Part shown: positions 1 through 9,041 of the stretch, one piece after another
Layout of the letters: every line of letters starts with the position of its first letter
How positions within the stretch are numbered: position 1 is the stretch's first letter
NCBI GenBank assembly: GCA_041481345.1
Contig: JBGPBQ010000003.1
Coordinates: 1 to 44,842 of the forward strand
DNA length: 44,842 bases
Direction: 5' to 3'
Origin: Anaerolineae bacterium
Lineage (GTDB): Bacteria; Chloroflexota; Anaerolineae; Anaerolineales; UBA4823
Program-made: the position numbers and the translations under genes
The notes under the pieces: model-generated
Seen by the model: only the letters and a program-made list of their open reading frames with translations
What the model was told of the DNA's origin: nothing
Databases searched by the model: none

Positions 1-15
1 CCATTTATCGCGGCT

Positions 16-40
16 GTTGGGGCGACCCAACGGGTCGCCC
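16..40 (+). repeat. REP-like palindrome (GTTG-headed)
   Basis: GTTG followed by GGGCGACCC-AAC-GGGTCGCCC, a perfect 9-bp stem, in non-coding DNA. Confidence 0.6.
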
Positions 41-134
41 GCCCATCATATCCACCCTTTATGTGCGGCCGTTGGGTGCATAAAACTGGTGGTGTAAAGC
101 CACCGGCGCCCAGGGGTTCGCAGGAGAGTAAATA

Positions 135-485
135 ATGGCTCGTGTAAAAACTTGTCCGTATCGACACCGTCACCACAAGAAAATCCTCAAAATGATGTCA
201 GGTCAATTTGGCACACGTCATCGTTTATATCGACGTGCCAATGAAGCCATGCTCAAGTCATTATGGTATTCCTATCGTGACCGGCGCCAACGCAAACGCG
301 ATTTGCGCCACCTTTGGATCGCCCGTATCAACGCCGCTGCACGGCTCAACGGTGTGTCCTACAGCCGCCTGATCCACGGCATGAAGACTAATAAGATCAC
401 TATCAACCGCAAGATGCTGGCCGATCTGGCGGTACGTGATCCGCAGGCATTTGCTGCGGTCGCTGCCCAAGCGAAAGCCGCATAA
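135..485 (+). CDS. rplT: 50S ribosomal protein L20
   Basis: MARVK start, YRDRRQRKRDLRHLWIARINAAAR and INRKMLADLAV motifs; RBS AGGAG. Confidence 0.98.
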   Translation: MARVKTCPYRHRHHKKILKMMSGQFGTRHRLYRRANEAMLKSLWYSYRDRRQRKRDLRHLWIARINAAARLNGVSYSRLIHGMKTNKITINRKMLADLAVRDPQAFAAVAAQAKAA

Positions 486-515
486 CCCTCACACTTTCTC
501 CACACAAAACTCCCC

Positions 516-549
516 GAACCCGTTTTCTGAATGAAAACGGGTTCTTGTT
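516..549 (+). terminator. Intrinsic terminator after rplT
   Basis: GAACCCGTTTTC-TGAAT-GAAAACGGGTTC 12-bp stem then TTGTT. Confidence 0.75.
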
Positions 550-599
550 ATAAAAAGCTACCCCTGAGGTAAAATGGGACCAATCACGTGGGAGGTGCC

Positions 600-1172
600 A
601 TGGACCCTATGCTTATAGCTCATACCCTGCCCTCCGGGCAGCGGCTGGAGGTCGCCCAGGGGGATATCACCGCCGAGACCACCGATGCGATCGTCAATGC
701 TGCCAACCGCTTCCTCGAGCACGGCTCAGGTGTGGCGGGCGCCATCGTCCGTCGCGGAGGCCCACAGATCCAGGCAGAGAGCAGCCAGTGGGTGCGAGAG
801 CACGGGTTGGTCACTCACGCTGAGCCTGCCTATACAAATGCCGGCAACCTGCCCTGCAGTTATGTCATCCATGCCGTCGGCCCGGTGTGGGGTGAGGGGG
901 ACGAAGAGACCAAGCTCGTAAACGCGATCCGCGGTTCCCTCTGCCTGGCAGACCGGCTCGGTCTTCACTCGATCGCTTTCCCTGCCATCTCGACTGGCAT
1001 CTACCGCTTCCCCGTACCCCTCGCCGCCCAGGTGATCCTGGCAGCCATCGCGGGCTATCTGGCTGATAACCCCACCTCCCGCCTGGAGCTCATTCGCATG
1101 GTGCTGTACGATCGTGACACCTGGCAAGTCTTTGCCGACGCCTTGGAGCAGCATGATCACCTCGATCCATAA
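600..1172 (+). CDS. Macro domain protein (O-acetyl-ADP-ribose deacetylase / ADP-ribosylhydrolase family)
   Basis: GDIT, DAIVNAAN, GSGVAGAI, VIHAVGP, SIAFPAISTGIY; ATG 600 follows GGAGGTG. Confidence 0.93.
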   Translation: MDPMLIAHTLPSGQRLEVAQGDITAETTDAIVNAANRFLEHGSGVAGAIVRRGGPQIQAESSQWVREHGLVTHAEPAYTNAGNLPCSYVIHAVGPVWGEGDEETKLVNAIRGSLCLADRLGLHSIAFPAISTGIYRFPVPLAAQVILAAIAGYLADNPTSRLELIRMVLYDRDTWQVFADALEQHDHLDP

Positions 1173-1944
1173 CCCCCGGGTCCAGGCCGTGCGCAGGCTG
1201 TTGGCGCAGTCTAAGGCGCGCCGTGAGCAGGGTGAGTTCGTCATCGAAGGGGTGCGTCTGGCAGAGGAAGCCCTGCATGCCTCCTGGGAGGCGCGTCTGG
1301 TGCTGTTCACTGCTCAGCTGGATCAGCGCGGTCAGGCTGTGGTGGATGGGTTCTCCGCTCGGGGCGTTCCCATCGAGCAGGTGAGCGACTCGGTGATGCA
1401 CGCCATCAGCCAGACGGAGACGCCCCAGGGTATCCTCGCCGTCATGGCGATCAAAATGCTGCCTCTCCCGCCCTCAACCCATTTCCTGCTTATTCTTGAC
1501 AGGATGCGTGACCCCGGCAATCTGGGTACCATCCTGCGTACAGCAGGTGCCGCTGGGGTGCAGGCAGCGCTGCTTGCATCCGGCTGTGCCGATGCCTGGT
1601 CTCCCAAAGTGGTGCGTGCCGGCATGGGTGCTCATTTTCGCTTGCCCATCCTCAACCTGAGTTGGTCGGAGCTCAAGCGCACCCTCACCCAGAGTGGCTC
1701 CAACCTGCGGGTCTTCCTGGCTGATTCATCCGCTGGCATCCCTTACACTCAGGCTGACTTCCGCCCACCCCTCGCCCTCATCATCGGCGGCGAAGCTGCC
1801 GGTGCCGGCGCCGAGTCACTTTCCGTGGCAGATACGAAAGTGCACATCCCCATGCCGGGCGGGAGCGAGTCGCTCAATGCGGCCGCGGCTGCCAGCATCC
1901 TCCTTTTTGAGGTCCAGCGGCAGCGCAGTGAGGGGAAAACATAG
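1153..1944 (+). CDS. TrmH/SpoU family RNA 2'-O-methyltransferase
   Basis: ITS..NPRV, IEG.RL, DPGNLGTILRT, IIGGEAAG, IPMPGGSESLNAA; start moved to ATG 1153; overlaps the macrodomain gene by 20 bp. Confidence 0.95.
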   Translation: MITSIHNPRVQAVRRLLAQSKARREQGEFVIEGVRLAEEALHASWEARLVLFTAQLDQRGQAVVDGFSARGVPIEQVSDSVMHAISQTETPQGILAVMAIKMLPLPPSTHFLLILDRMRDPGNLGTILRTAGAAGVQAALLASGCADAWSPKVVRAGMGAHFRLPILNLSWSELKRTLTQSGSNLRVFLADSSAGIPYTQADFRPPLALIIGGEAAGAGAESLSVADTKVHIPMPGGSESLNAAAAASILLFEVQRQRSEGKT

Positions 1945-1985
1945 TCAAATTATGCTACAATAAGGTCACGGTAGGTAACGAGAAG

Positions 1986-2408
1986 ATGGACCTGATCCCA
2001 GAGCGCAACCCCCTAGTGCACGCTGAACATCGCCGTGAAACCTTTCGGCAGATTTTATTACCCCTCATCATCGCTTTCGTCTTGGCGCTGGTTGTGGTCG
2101 CTATCATCATTATATTAGGCTTCGGCTCGACCCTCGATCTGAGCAGGTTGGCGGCTGTCTCCATTATTGGGATGATCATTCCATCCATGTTGATAGCCCT
2201 AATTCTCTTGGTCGTCGTGCTTGGGCTGTTGTTTGCAATCAGCCGCTTATTGGGTATATTGCCAGGCTATTCCAGGATTGTCCAGTCTTACTTTTCCCAG
2301 GCACAGACAACGGTCAGCCACATCACCGACCAGGCAGTCGAGCCCGTTTTACGCCTGCGCAGCGCCTGGGCAGTTACGCACCGCCGCGGCAAACGGGAAA
2401 ATAAGTGA
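1986..2408 (+). CDS. Hypothetical membrane protein (2 TM)
   Basis: 140-aa ORF with two long hydrophobic segments. Confidence 0.75.
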   Translation: MDLIPERNPLVHAEHRRETFRQILLPLIIAFVLALVVVAIIIILGFGSTLDLSRLAAVSIIGMIIPSMLIALILLVVVLGLLFAISRLLGILPGYSRIVQSYFSQAQTTVSHITDQAVEPVLRLRSAWAVTHRRGKRENK

Positions 2409-2479
2409 GTTCGTCATTGACAGTAATGGATCAAGGGCATTATCTCTGATATAAAATGGCAGTAAGAAAGGGATCATCC

Positions 2480-2737
2480 ATGGACAAACAGGAAAAATTG
2501 ATTGTTGAGCAAGGCCAGGAAGTTGTAGTAGACACAACCTGGACAACGAAGGTATTAGGCATCGGGGCGGCGGTTGGCGCACTGACTGGTCTGGGGGCAG
2601 CTTATTTGCTAGTCCAACAGACGAAAAGGAAGGGTGAGCTACCTGACCTCAATGCAGGCGAAGGCATTCGGCTGGCGCTGCTGCTGTTTGGTGTTCTGCG
2701 TCAGGTGGCATTGCTGGGCAATAACGACGAAAAATAA
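2480..2737 (+). CDS. Small hypothetical membrane protein
   Basis: Glycine-zipper-like helix LGIGAAVGALTGLGAAYLLV; ATG 2480 after AAAGGGA. Confidence 0.7.
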   Translation: MDKQEKLIVEQGQEVVVDTTWTTKVLGIGAAVGALTGLGAAYLLVQQTKRKGELPDLNAGEGIRLALLLFGVLRQVALLGNNDEK

Positions 2738-2757
2738 GCTGAAAAGCTCGGCTTCAC

Positions 2758-2784
2758 TATCCCACAAGCATCTCCTTGTGGGAT
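2758..2784 (+). terminator. Hairpin, probable terminator
   Basis: TATCCCACAAG-CATCTC-CTTGTGGGATA followed by TTTATTT. Confidence 0.6.
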
Positions 2785-2836
2785 ATTTATTTAAATTGAA
2801 TTTCGGACAAAACACCGAACGATAATAACAAACGCC

Positions 2837-2905
2837 TGTCATCGCGGAATCTCACTTGCTTTTAGTGAGAAGCCGCAAGCGCTCTTCTTGCGGCGTGGCA
2901 ATCTC
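2837..2905 (+). repeat. TGTCATCGCG...CGTGGCAATCTC palindromic element
   Basis: Two internal hairpins (TCTCACT/AGTGAGA; GCCGCAAG/CTTGCGGC); termini resemble GTCATTGCGAG...GCAATCTC extragenic repeats. Confidence 0.5.
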
Positions 2906-2995
2906 CTCTTTACTGGTATTGCTCAATTAAAACGCTTTCAATGATTGTTTGGGAGGGTTTACCCGAACCTTCGTCAGAACCTAAGATTTAAATGC

Positions 2996-3023
2996 TTGAC
3001 ATGTTGAGAATTTAGCTTAAAAT
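2996..3023 (+). promoter_or_regulatory. sigma70-type promoter of TetR-ABC operon
   Basis: TTGACA (2996-3001), 16 nt, TAAAAT (3018-3023). Confidence 0.7.
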
Positions 3024-3024
3024 C

Positions 3025-3038
3025 TGAACGAACGTTCA
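3025..3038. promoter_or_regulatory. Probable TetR operator
   Basis: Palindrome TGAACG-AA-CGTTCA over the predicted transcription start, just upstream of the TetR gene. Confidence 0.7.
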
Positions 3039-3048
3039 TTCAAGGGAT

Positions 3049-3675
3049 GTGGAATTCGATACCATGGTCTCTGCTGTTGATCGCCGCGAACACACCCGTA
3101 CCGCTATCCTGCAGGCCGCCCATGACCTGTTCATCAGACAGGGTTACCATGGCACCTCCATGCGCCAGATTGCCCAGGCTGCCCATATTGCCCTTGGCGG
3201 GCTCTACAACCATTTCCCCAGCAAAGAGAAGGTCTTTGAGGCGGTATTCTTGACTTTTCATCCCTACCATGAGGTTCTACCGATGATTGCCGCTGCAAAA
3301 GGGAATAACCTCAAACAGCTGGTGCAGGATGCCATCCGGCGTATGGAACAGGTCGTCGAAGGGCGTCCAGATTTCATGAACCTGATGTTCATCGAGCTGG
3401 TCGAGTTTAAAAGCGCGCATGCCAGGCAGCTTTTTACCTACCTCTTTCCTCAGGGTATGCAGCTCATGCAGCAGTTGGTTGAATCATATCCCGAGCAGAT
3501 GCGTTCCATCCCAGCCCCTATGGTGGTGCGCACATTCTTGGGCCTGTTTTTTGGGTACTACCTCACCGAAACCGCCCTCGCCCCAGCCGCCCCGCCTGAA
3601 TTTCGCCAGGACGCCATGCAGTATTTTGTGGATATTTATCTCCATGGGATCCTGGCTGTGGAAACCCCCAGTTAA
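3049..3675 (+). CDS. TetR/AcrR family transcriptional regulator
   Basis: ILQAAHDLFIRQGYHGTSMRQIA...GLYNHFPSKEKVF HTH. Confidence 0.95.
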   Translation: MEFDTMVSAVDRREHTRTAILQAAHDLFIRQGYHGTSMRQIAQAAHIALGGLYNHFPSKEKVFEAVFLTFHPYHEVLPMIAAAKGNNLKQLVQDAIRRMEQVVEGRPDFMNLMFIELVEFKSAHARQLFTYLFPQGMQLMQQLVESYPEQMRSIPAPMVVRTFLGLFFGYYLTETALAPAAPPEFRQDAMQYFVDIYLHGILAVETPS

Positions 3676-3705
3676 GTATCTTATTGCACCTTTATAGGAA
3701 GTGCC

Positions 3706-4839
3706 ATGTTCAACACCCGTCTTCGTTCGCTCATCCGCAAAGAATTCATCCAGATCCGGCGTGACAAGCGCACCCTCATCCTGGTGCTGATCATCCCCAT
3801 CATGCAGTTGTTCCTGCTGGGTTACGCCGCCACCAACGATGTGCGCAATGTGCCCCTGGCAGTCTATGACCAGGACCATGGTACAGAGGCTCGGGCTCTT
3901 CTGGATGCCTACCGCGCAGCCGATTACTTTACCCTATCCTATGAGGCTAGCTCTGAGCAGGAGCTGCGCGATTTGGTCGATACGGGTCAGGCACGTGCCG
4001 GTCTGATCATCCCCCCCGACTATACCGATAAGATCCAGGGAGGGCAAACGGGGCAGGTGATGTTTATCCTGGACGGTTCCGATCCCACCGTCGCCTCGAC
4101 TGCTCTTTCCGCGGCTAAGCTGATTGGTCAAGCCCACTCCACGCAGATCCTTGCCGCCCGGTTATTGGCCCGCGGTCAGGCTGCCGCCATCCAGGCGCCG
4201 GTCCAGGTGGGCACCAGCGTATGGTACAACCCTGACCTAGTCAGCGCTTACTTCATGATCCCGGGCGTCATTGGCATGATCCTGTTTGCCCTCACTTCGA
4301 TCCTGACCGCCACCGCCATTGTTCGCGAGCGTGAACGGGGTACAATCGAACAGCTGATTGTTACTCCTATTCGCCCGTGGGAGCTGATGGTGGGCAAGCT
4401 GCTGCCTTATGTCATCCTGGCCTTCCTGAATGCCTTGGAAGTCCTGGCAATCGGTCACTATTGGTTTGGAGTACCCATCCGCGGTAGCCTGCTGATAATG
4501 GCGGGCGCTTCCTTCTTATTCTTGCTCTCCAGCCTGGGAATCGGCTTGCTGGCTTCCACCATCGCCAACACCCAGCAGGAAGCCATGCTCACCGTTTGGA
4601 TGCTGCTGCTCCCCAGCATCTTCCTGGCGGGTTTCTTTTTTCCGCTGGAAGCAATGCCCAAAGTTTTGCAGTTGATATCATACATTTTTCCATTGCGTTA
4701 TTACCTGGTGATCATCCGTTCCTTGATGCTGAAAGGCGTCGGCATTTCAGCTTATACCGAGGATTTAATCGCCCTGGCAATCTTTGGGGTTGCCATTATG
4801 TCCCTGGCAGCTCTACGGTTTCGCAAGCGGCTCGACTAA
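3706..4839 (+). CDS. ABC-2 type exporter permease (YbhS/YbhR-like)
   Basis: KEFIQIRRD, WYNPDL, IVRERERGTIEQLIVTP; multiple TM. Confidence 0.93.
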   Translation: MFNTRLRSLIRKEFIQIRRDKRTLILVLIIPIMQLFLLGYAATNDVRNVPLAVYDQDHGTEARALLDAYRAADYFTLSYEASSEQELRDLVDTGQARAGLIIPPDYTDKIQGGQTGQVMFILDGSDPTVASTALSAAKLIGQAHSTQILAARLLARGQAAAIQAPVQVGTSVWYNPDLVSAYFMIPGVIGMILFALTSILTATAIVRERERGTIEQLIVTPIRPWELMVGKLLPYVILAFLNALEVLAIGHYWFGVPIRGSLLIMAGASFLFLLSSLGIGLLASTIANTQQEAMLTVWMLLLPSIFLAGFFFPLEAMPKVLQLISYIFPLRYYLVIIRSLMLKGVGISAYTEDLIALAIFGVAIMSLAALRFRKRLD

Positions 4840-4863
4840 TGTTTTGAAATTCAGGAGGTAATT

Positions 4864-6243
4864 ATGAAGGTTGGAAGAATCATACTCGCTATCCTTTTGA
4901 TTGCAGCAGTCATTGTGGTTGCCTACTGGTATGTGACCACTCACAATACATCGACCGCCTCCACCGCTCTCACCGGGTCTGGTACGGTAGAAACCACCCA
5001 GGTCGCCATATCTCCCGAGGTGAGTGGGAAAGTCGTGGACGTACTGGTCAACGAAGGCGATGAAGTTAAAGCTGGGGCTATTTTATTCACGCTCGATGAC
5101 ACTTTGCTAACTGCTCAGAAGGAACAAGCCCAAACCAACCTGGCGGCCGCTCAGGCCGGGTTGGATGCCGCCAATACGGCTCTCGCAGCTGCCCAGGCCG
5201 GCGTTACGACCGCTCAAACCCAATATGACCTGACGCGCGCTTCCTCTCGCCTGCAGGCTCAGCCTGCCCGTCTCACCGCCTGGAGCCAGCCGGCACCTTC
5301 CGAGTTCAACCAGCCCAACTGGTATTTCAGCCATACGGAAGAAATTACTGCTGCTCAACAAGAGGTCCGTGCTGCCAGCGCTGCTCTGGATACCGCTAAA
5401 ACAGACTTCTCATCCCTGATTTCGAGTGGCACCTATACGAATCTCACCAGCACCGAATCCCGTCTGGCAAAGGCGCAAGCCGCCTTCTTGGATGCCAGGG
5501 CTGTGCTCGATCGTGCTCAAACCCAGAATAACCGCAGCCTGCGCGATGTGGCTCAACAGGAGTACGATGCCACCAAGGCTGAGCTGGATGCTGCCCAGCA
5601 AGCCTATAATGAGCTCCTTACCAACCAGGAAGCTACCGATGTGCTGGACGCAAGGGCTCACCTGGCTGCTGCCCAGGACCGCTACGATACTGCTGTCGAC
5701 CGGTATAATTCCCTCCTGACAGGAGAAAATTCTCTCACCGTGAAGGTCACCGCTGATACAATAGCTCAGGCTCAAGCCAATGTCACTGCTGCCGGCTCGA
5801 AAGTTACCCAGGCGCAAAAAGCCATCGATCAAGCTCAAGCTGCGCTCAATCTGATCGATGTACAGCTGGAAAAACTGGTCATCACCTCACCCAACGATGG
5901 TGTGATCCTGACGCGTAATATCGAGCCGGGTGAAGTCGTGGTAGCCGGAGCTACTGCCCTGACCGTCGGGCAGCCGAATGACCTCACCATAACTGTCTAC
6001 ATTCCAGAAAATCGCTACGGCGAGGTGAAATTGGGCGATCAAGCTGTTGTCAGCGTGGATTCCTTCCCCAACCAAACCTTTGACGCCAAAGTCACCCGGA
6101 TTGCAGACCAGGCTGAATTTACGCCTCGCAACGTGCAGACGGCTGAGGGACGACAGACCACCGTCTATGCAGTTCACCTCGCTGTTCAAAACCCTGGCGG
6201 TCTTCTCAAACCGGGCATGCCCGCCGATGTTACTTTCAAGTAA
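4864..6243 (+). CDS. HlyD/YbhG-like membrane fusion (adaptor) protein
   Basis: N-terminal TM, lipoyl half motifs, long Ala/Gln coiled coil, AEFTPRNVQT, LKPGMPAD. Confidence 0.92.
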   Translation: MKVGRIILAILLIAAVIVVAYWYVTTHNTSTASTALTGSGTVETTQVAISPEVSGKVVDVLVNEGDEVKAGAILFTLDDTLLTAQKEQAQTNLAAAQAGLDAANTALAAAQAGVTTAQTQYDLTRASSRLQAQPARLTAWSQPAPSEFNQPNWYFSHTEEITAAQQEVRAASAALDTAKTDFSSLISSGTYTNLTSTESRLAKAQAAFLDARAVLDRAQTQNNRSLRDVAQQEYDATKAELDAAQQAYNELLTNQEATDVLDARAHLAAAQDRYDTAVDRYNSLLTGENSLTVKVTADTIAQAQANVTAAGSKVTQAQKAIDQAQAALNLIDVQLEKLVITSPNDGVILTRNIEPGEVVVAGATALTVGQPNDLTITVYIPENRYGEVKLGDQAVVSVDSFPNQTFDAKVTRIADQAEFTPRNVQTAEGRQTTVYAVHLAVQNPGGLLKPGMPADVTFK

Positions 6244-6275
6244 TCCTTGAAATTTCGGGATTTAGGTTATCATCT

Positions 6276-7250
6276 ATGCCTAACATCCTTCTATCTCACC
6301 TGTCAAAGTCATTCGGTACAACTGTTGCCGTCAATGACGTCAGCATTCAGGTCGATCCGGGCGAGATATACGGGTTGATCGGTCCCGATGGAGCGGGTAA
6401 GACCACCACCATGCGCTTGCTATGTGGAGCCCTGCTGCCTGACCTGGGGAAAAGCACGGCTGAAACGGTCGTCCAAATAGCGGGGCTGGACATACTGACA
6501 CAAACCGACACTGCCCGGGCGCAGCTAGGTTACCTGCCGCAGCGCTTCTCGATGTATGAGGAGCTGACCGTGCTCGAGAATCTGCGTTTCTTCGCCGAAG
6601 TGCGGGGTCTCTCAGAATCTACCTGGCGGCCGCGCTGTATGCAAATCCTTGAGTTTGTCGGTTTGGCTGAGTTTATTAACCGCAGCGCCGGGCAGCTTTC
6701 TGGCGGCATGCGCCAGAAGCTGGGTCTGGCGGTTGCCCTGGTGCACTCACCTAAGGTGCTGCTGCTGGACGAGCCCACCACCGGGGTCGACCCCGTCACC
6801 CGACAGGATTTCTGGCAGCTCATCATCCGCCTGGTCGCCGAAGAAGGCGTGGCGGTTTTGGTCAGCACTCCATATATGGATGAGGCTGGGCGGTGTGCCC
6901 GAGTGGGTTTTATGCGCCAGGGGAAAATCATGCTCGAAGGCAAACCGGATGAGCTGCGCGCTAGGCTAAATGGTCGCATCATTGAAGTGCACGGGCAGCC
7001 GCTCCAGCTGCTGCGTGACATGGCGCGCAAGGATGTTAATGTGGAGGATGCGCAGATGTTTGGTGACCGCTTGCACCTGCGTGTTCATCCTGGGTCGTAC
7101 CAGCAGGTGATCGAACATCTGCAGGTAGAAATCCCAGCCCAGGGAGGCAAGCTTACACAGATGCGCTCCATCACACCTCAGCTCGAGGATGTTTTCATCG
7201 ATCTATTGGAAGGTCAATCAGACCAGTTTCCTATGCAAGAGGGTAGTTAA
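6276..7250 (+). CDS. ABC transporter ATP-binding protein (YbhF N-half-like)
   Basis: GPDGAGKTT, LSGGM, LLLDEPT; STPY at the H-loop. Confidence 0.95.
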   Translation: MPNILLSHLSKSFGTTVAVNDVSIQVDPGEIYGLIGPDGAGKTTTMRLLCGALLPDLGKSTAETVVQIAGLDILTQTDTARAQLGYLPQRFSMYEELTVLENLRFFAEVRGLSESTWRPRCMQILEFVGLAEFINRSAGQLSGGMRQKLGLAVALVHSPKVLLLDEPTTGVDPVTRQDFWQLIIRLVAEEGVAVLVSTPYMDEAGRCARVGFMRQGKIMLEGKPDELRARLNGRIIEVHGQPLQLLRDMARKDVNVEDAQMFGDRLHLRVHPGSYQQVIEHLQVEIPAQGGKLTQMRSITPQLEDVFIDLLEGQSDQFPMQEGS

Positions 7251-7253
7251 TCC

Positions 7254-8192
7254 ATGCCTCAAGAAGTGATCCTTGCCCACAACCTCACCAAACGCTTCGA
7301 TAGCTTCACCGCGGTCGACCATATCTCCTTCAGCGTTAATGCAGGCGAAGTAGTGGGCTACCTGGGACCCAACGGCTCGGGGAAAACCACCACCATCCGC
7401 ATGCTGTTGGGTTTATTACTCCCAAGCGAGGGTGAAGCATCCGTCCTGGGATATGACGTTGTGCGCCAATCCGAGCGCGTGCGTGAACGGGTGGGCTACA
7501 TGTCTCAGAAGTTCGCTCTGTATCACGACCTGACGGTGGGGGAAAACCTGGCTTTTTACGCTGGTGTCTATGGTGTAAGAGATCAGCAGCGCCTGTCGGA
7601 AGTGTTGGATTTAATCGGTTTACGCTCGCTGCAAGCAGTGCGGGTCAGTGATCTTTCCACTGGCTGGAAGCAGCGCCTGGCATTGGCCACTGCCATCGTT
7701 CACCAGCCGCGTTTGTTGTTCCTGGACGAACCCACCAGTGGGGTAGACCCCACTGCCCGGCGTGCCTTTTGGGATTTGATCTACACTTTGGTCGCCCAGG
7801 GTGTGACTGCTCTCGTGACCACTCATTACATGGACGAAGCTGAATATTGCGGTAAGGTGGGGATCATGCGCGACGGCAGGCTTTTAGCGATGGACAGCCC
7901 ATCCGCCCTCAAGCAGCACGCTTTGCCCGACCTCGCCTGGGATGTGTTTGCTGAACCCCTTCTGCCTGCCCTGGTCGCCCTGGAACATTGCACCTGTGTG
8001 ATCCGGGCAGGGCTCACAGCTGACCATCTACGCGCCATTACTCCCACCGATGCCGATGCTGATACCCTGGTCAAGACCTTAGGGGATGCAGGCATCCGGG
8101 TGGAACGCATCGAGCGCGCCGAACCCACCCTTGAAGATGTATTCCTGGCGCTAGCCCAGGTCAACGTTATGCGTTCTACCGGCAATTCGTGA
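7254..8192 (+). CDS. ABC transporter ATP-binding protein (YbhF C-half-like)
   Basis: GPNGSGKTT, LSTGWKQR, LFLDEPT, TTHY. Confidence 0.95.
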   Translation: MPQEVILAHNLTKRFDSFTAVDHISFSVNAGEVVGYLGPNGSGKTTTIRMLLGLLLPSEGEASVLGYDVVRQSERVRERVGYMSQKFALYHDLTVGENLAFYAGVYGVRDQQRLSEVLDLIGLRSLQAVRVSDLSTGWKQRLALATAIVHQPRLLFLDEPTSGVDPTARRAFWDLIYTLVAQGVTALVTTHYMDEAEYCGKVGIMRDGRLLAMDSPSALKQHALPDLAWDVFAEPLLPALVALEHCTCVIRAGLTADHLRAITPTDADADTLVKTLGDAGIRVERIERAEPTLEDVFLALAQVNVMRSTGNS

Positions 8193-8283
8193 ATCAGAGT
8201 ATAAAATTCTATCCAAGAACACAAAATAATTGAATATAATCTAAATAAAATCAATATTTATATCGAAATTATTCAATATATCA

Positions 8284-8311
8284 TTGACAAATATCAAATA
8301 TTGTGTATAAT
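8284..8311 (+). promoter_or_regulatory. Consensus sigma70 promoter of DUF2089 operon
   Basis: TTGACA (8284-8289), 16 nt, TATAAT (8306-8311), with AT-rich upstream DNA. Confidence 0.8.
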
Positions 8312-8355
8312 ATTGTTCAGAAACAAGCAGCGCAACGACGCCAAAGGAGGCTGTT

Positions 8356-8592
8356 ATGTTTGAACAGAGAATTGTTGAATTGATGAAATTGGATAATCGG
8401 AACGCCTGCGATGAGTTTGATCAGGTTCAATCGAATATGAGACCAGTCCATTTCAAGCCATCTTTGATGGACCGGGTCTTGCCCACCCTCGGAGAAGCGA
8501 TGATCAGCGTTGGGCTCAAACTTAAAAACCGTCCTCACATGAAGCTGAACACTGAACAGGCAAATTCACCCAATTACATGATTATGCTGTGA
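8356..8592 (+). CDS. Small hypothetical protein (78 aa)
   Basis: RBS AAGGAGG directly after the promoter; amphipathic LGEAMISVGLKLK segment. Confidence 0.65.
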   Translation: MFEQRIVELMKLDNRNACDEFDQVQSNMRPVHFKPSLMDRVLPTLGEAMISVGLKLKNRPHMKLNTEQANSPNYMIML

Positions 8593-8654
8593 TTTGCAGG
8601 AAACAGAAAAATGGAAAGACTCTATCGAGAAACTATCCCCGGAGGTGAATCAGA

Positions 8655-9041
8655 ATGAACACCTTACCCACCCGATGCCCGCTCTGCGGTGGCGAAGTTA
8701 CCGTCACACGGATATACTGCCAGGATTGTGATACGACCATAGAGGGTCGCTTCACTGGTGGTCCATTCTCCCAGCTCACCCAGGATCAGCTCTCTTTCGT
8801 CGAAACCTTTATCCGCTGTGAAGGGAAGATCACCCGCATGGAAGTCGAGCTTGATCTGTCCTACCCGACCATCCGCAACCGGCTACATGAAGTCATCCGG
8901 GCGCTGGGTTATGAACCGGGTGGCGAAGAGCCGATCACAGGTCTGAGTGATACAGAGCGACAACGCATCCTGGAAGATCTAGACCAGGGTGTGATCAGTG
9001 CAGAGGAAGCCATGCGCTTGTTGCAGGAAAGCGAGAAGTGA
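8655..9041 (+). CDS. DUF2089 family protein (Zn ribbon + HTH + SHOCT-like tail)
   Basis: CPLCGG..C..C.T.IEGRF, SYPTIRNRL, RILEDLDQGVISAEEAMRLL; RBS GGAGGTG. Confidence 0.9.
   Translation: MNTLPTRCPLCGGEVTVTRIYCQDCDTTIEGRFTGGPFSQLTQDQLSFVETFIRCEGKITRMEVELDLSYPTIRNRLHEVIRALGYEPGGEEPITGLSDTERQRILEDLDQGVISAEEAMRLLQESEK

Noticed and set aside
1-134. 3' end of rpmI (L35) or an L20 leader RNA
   Set aside because: No recognisable L35 residues or leader consensus in the available sequence.
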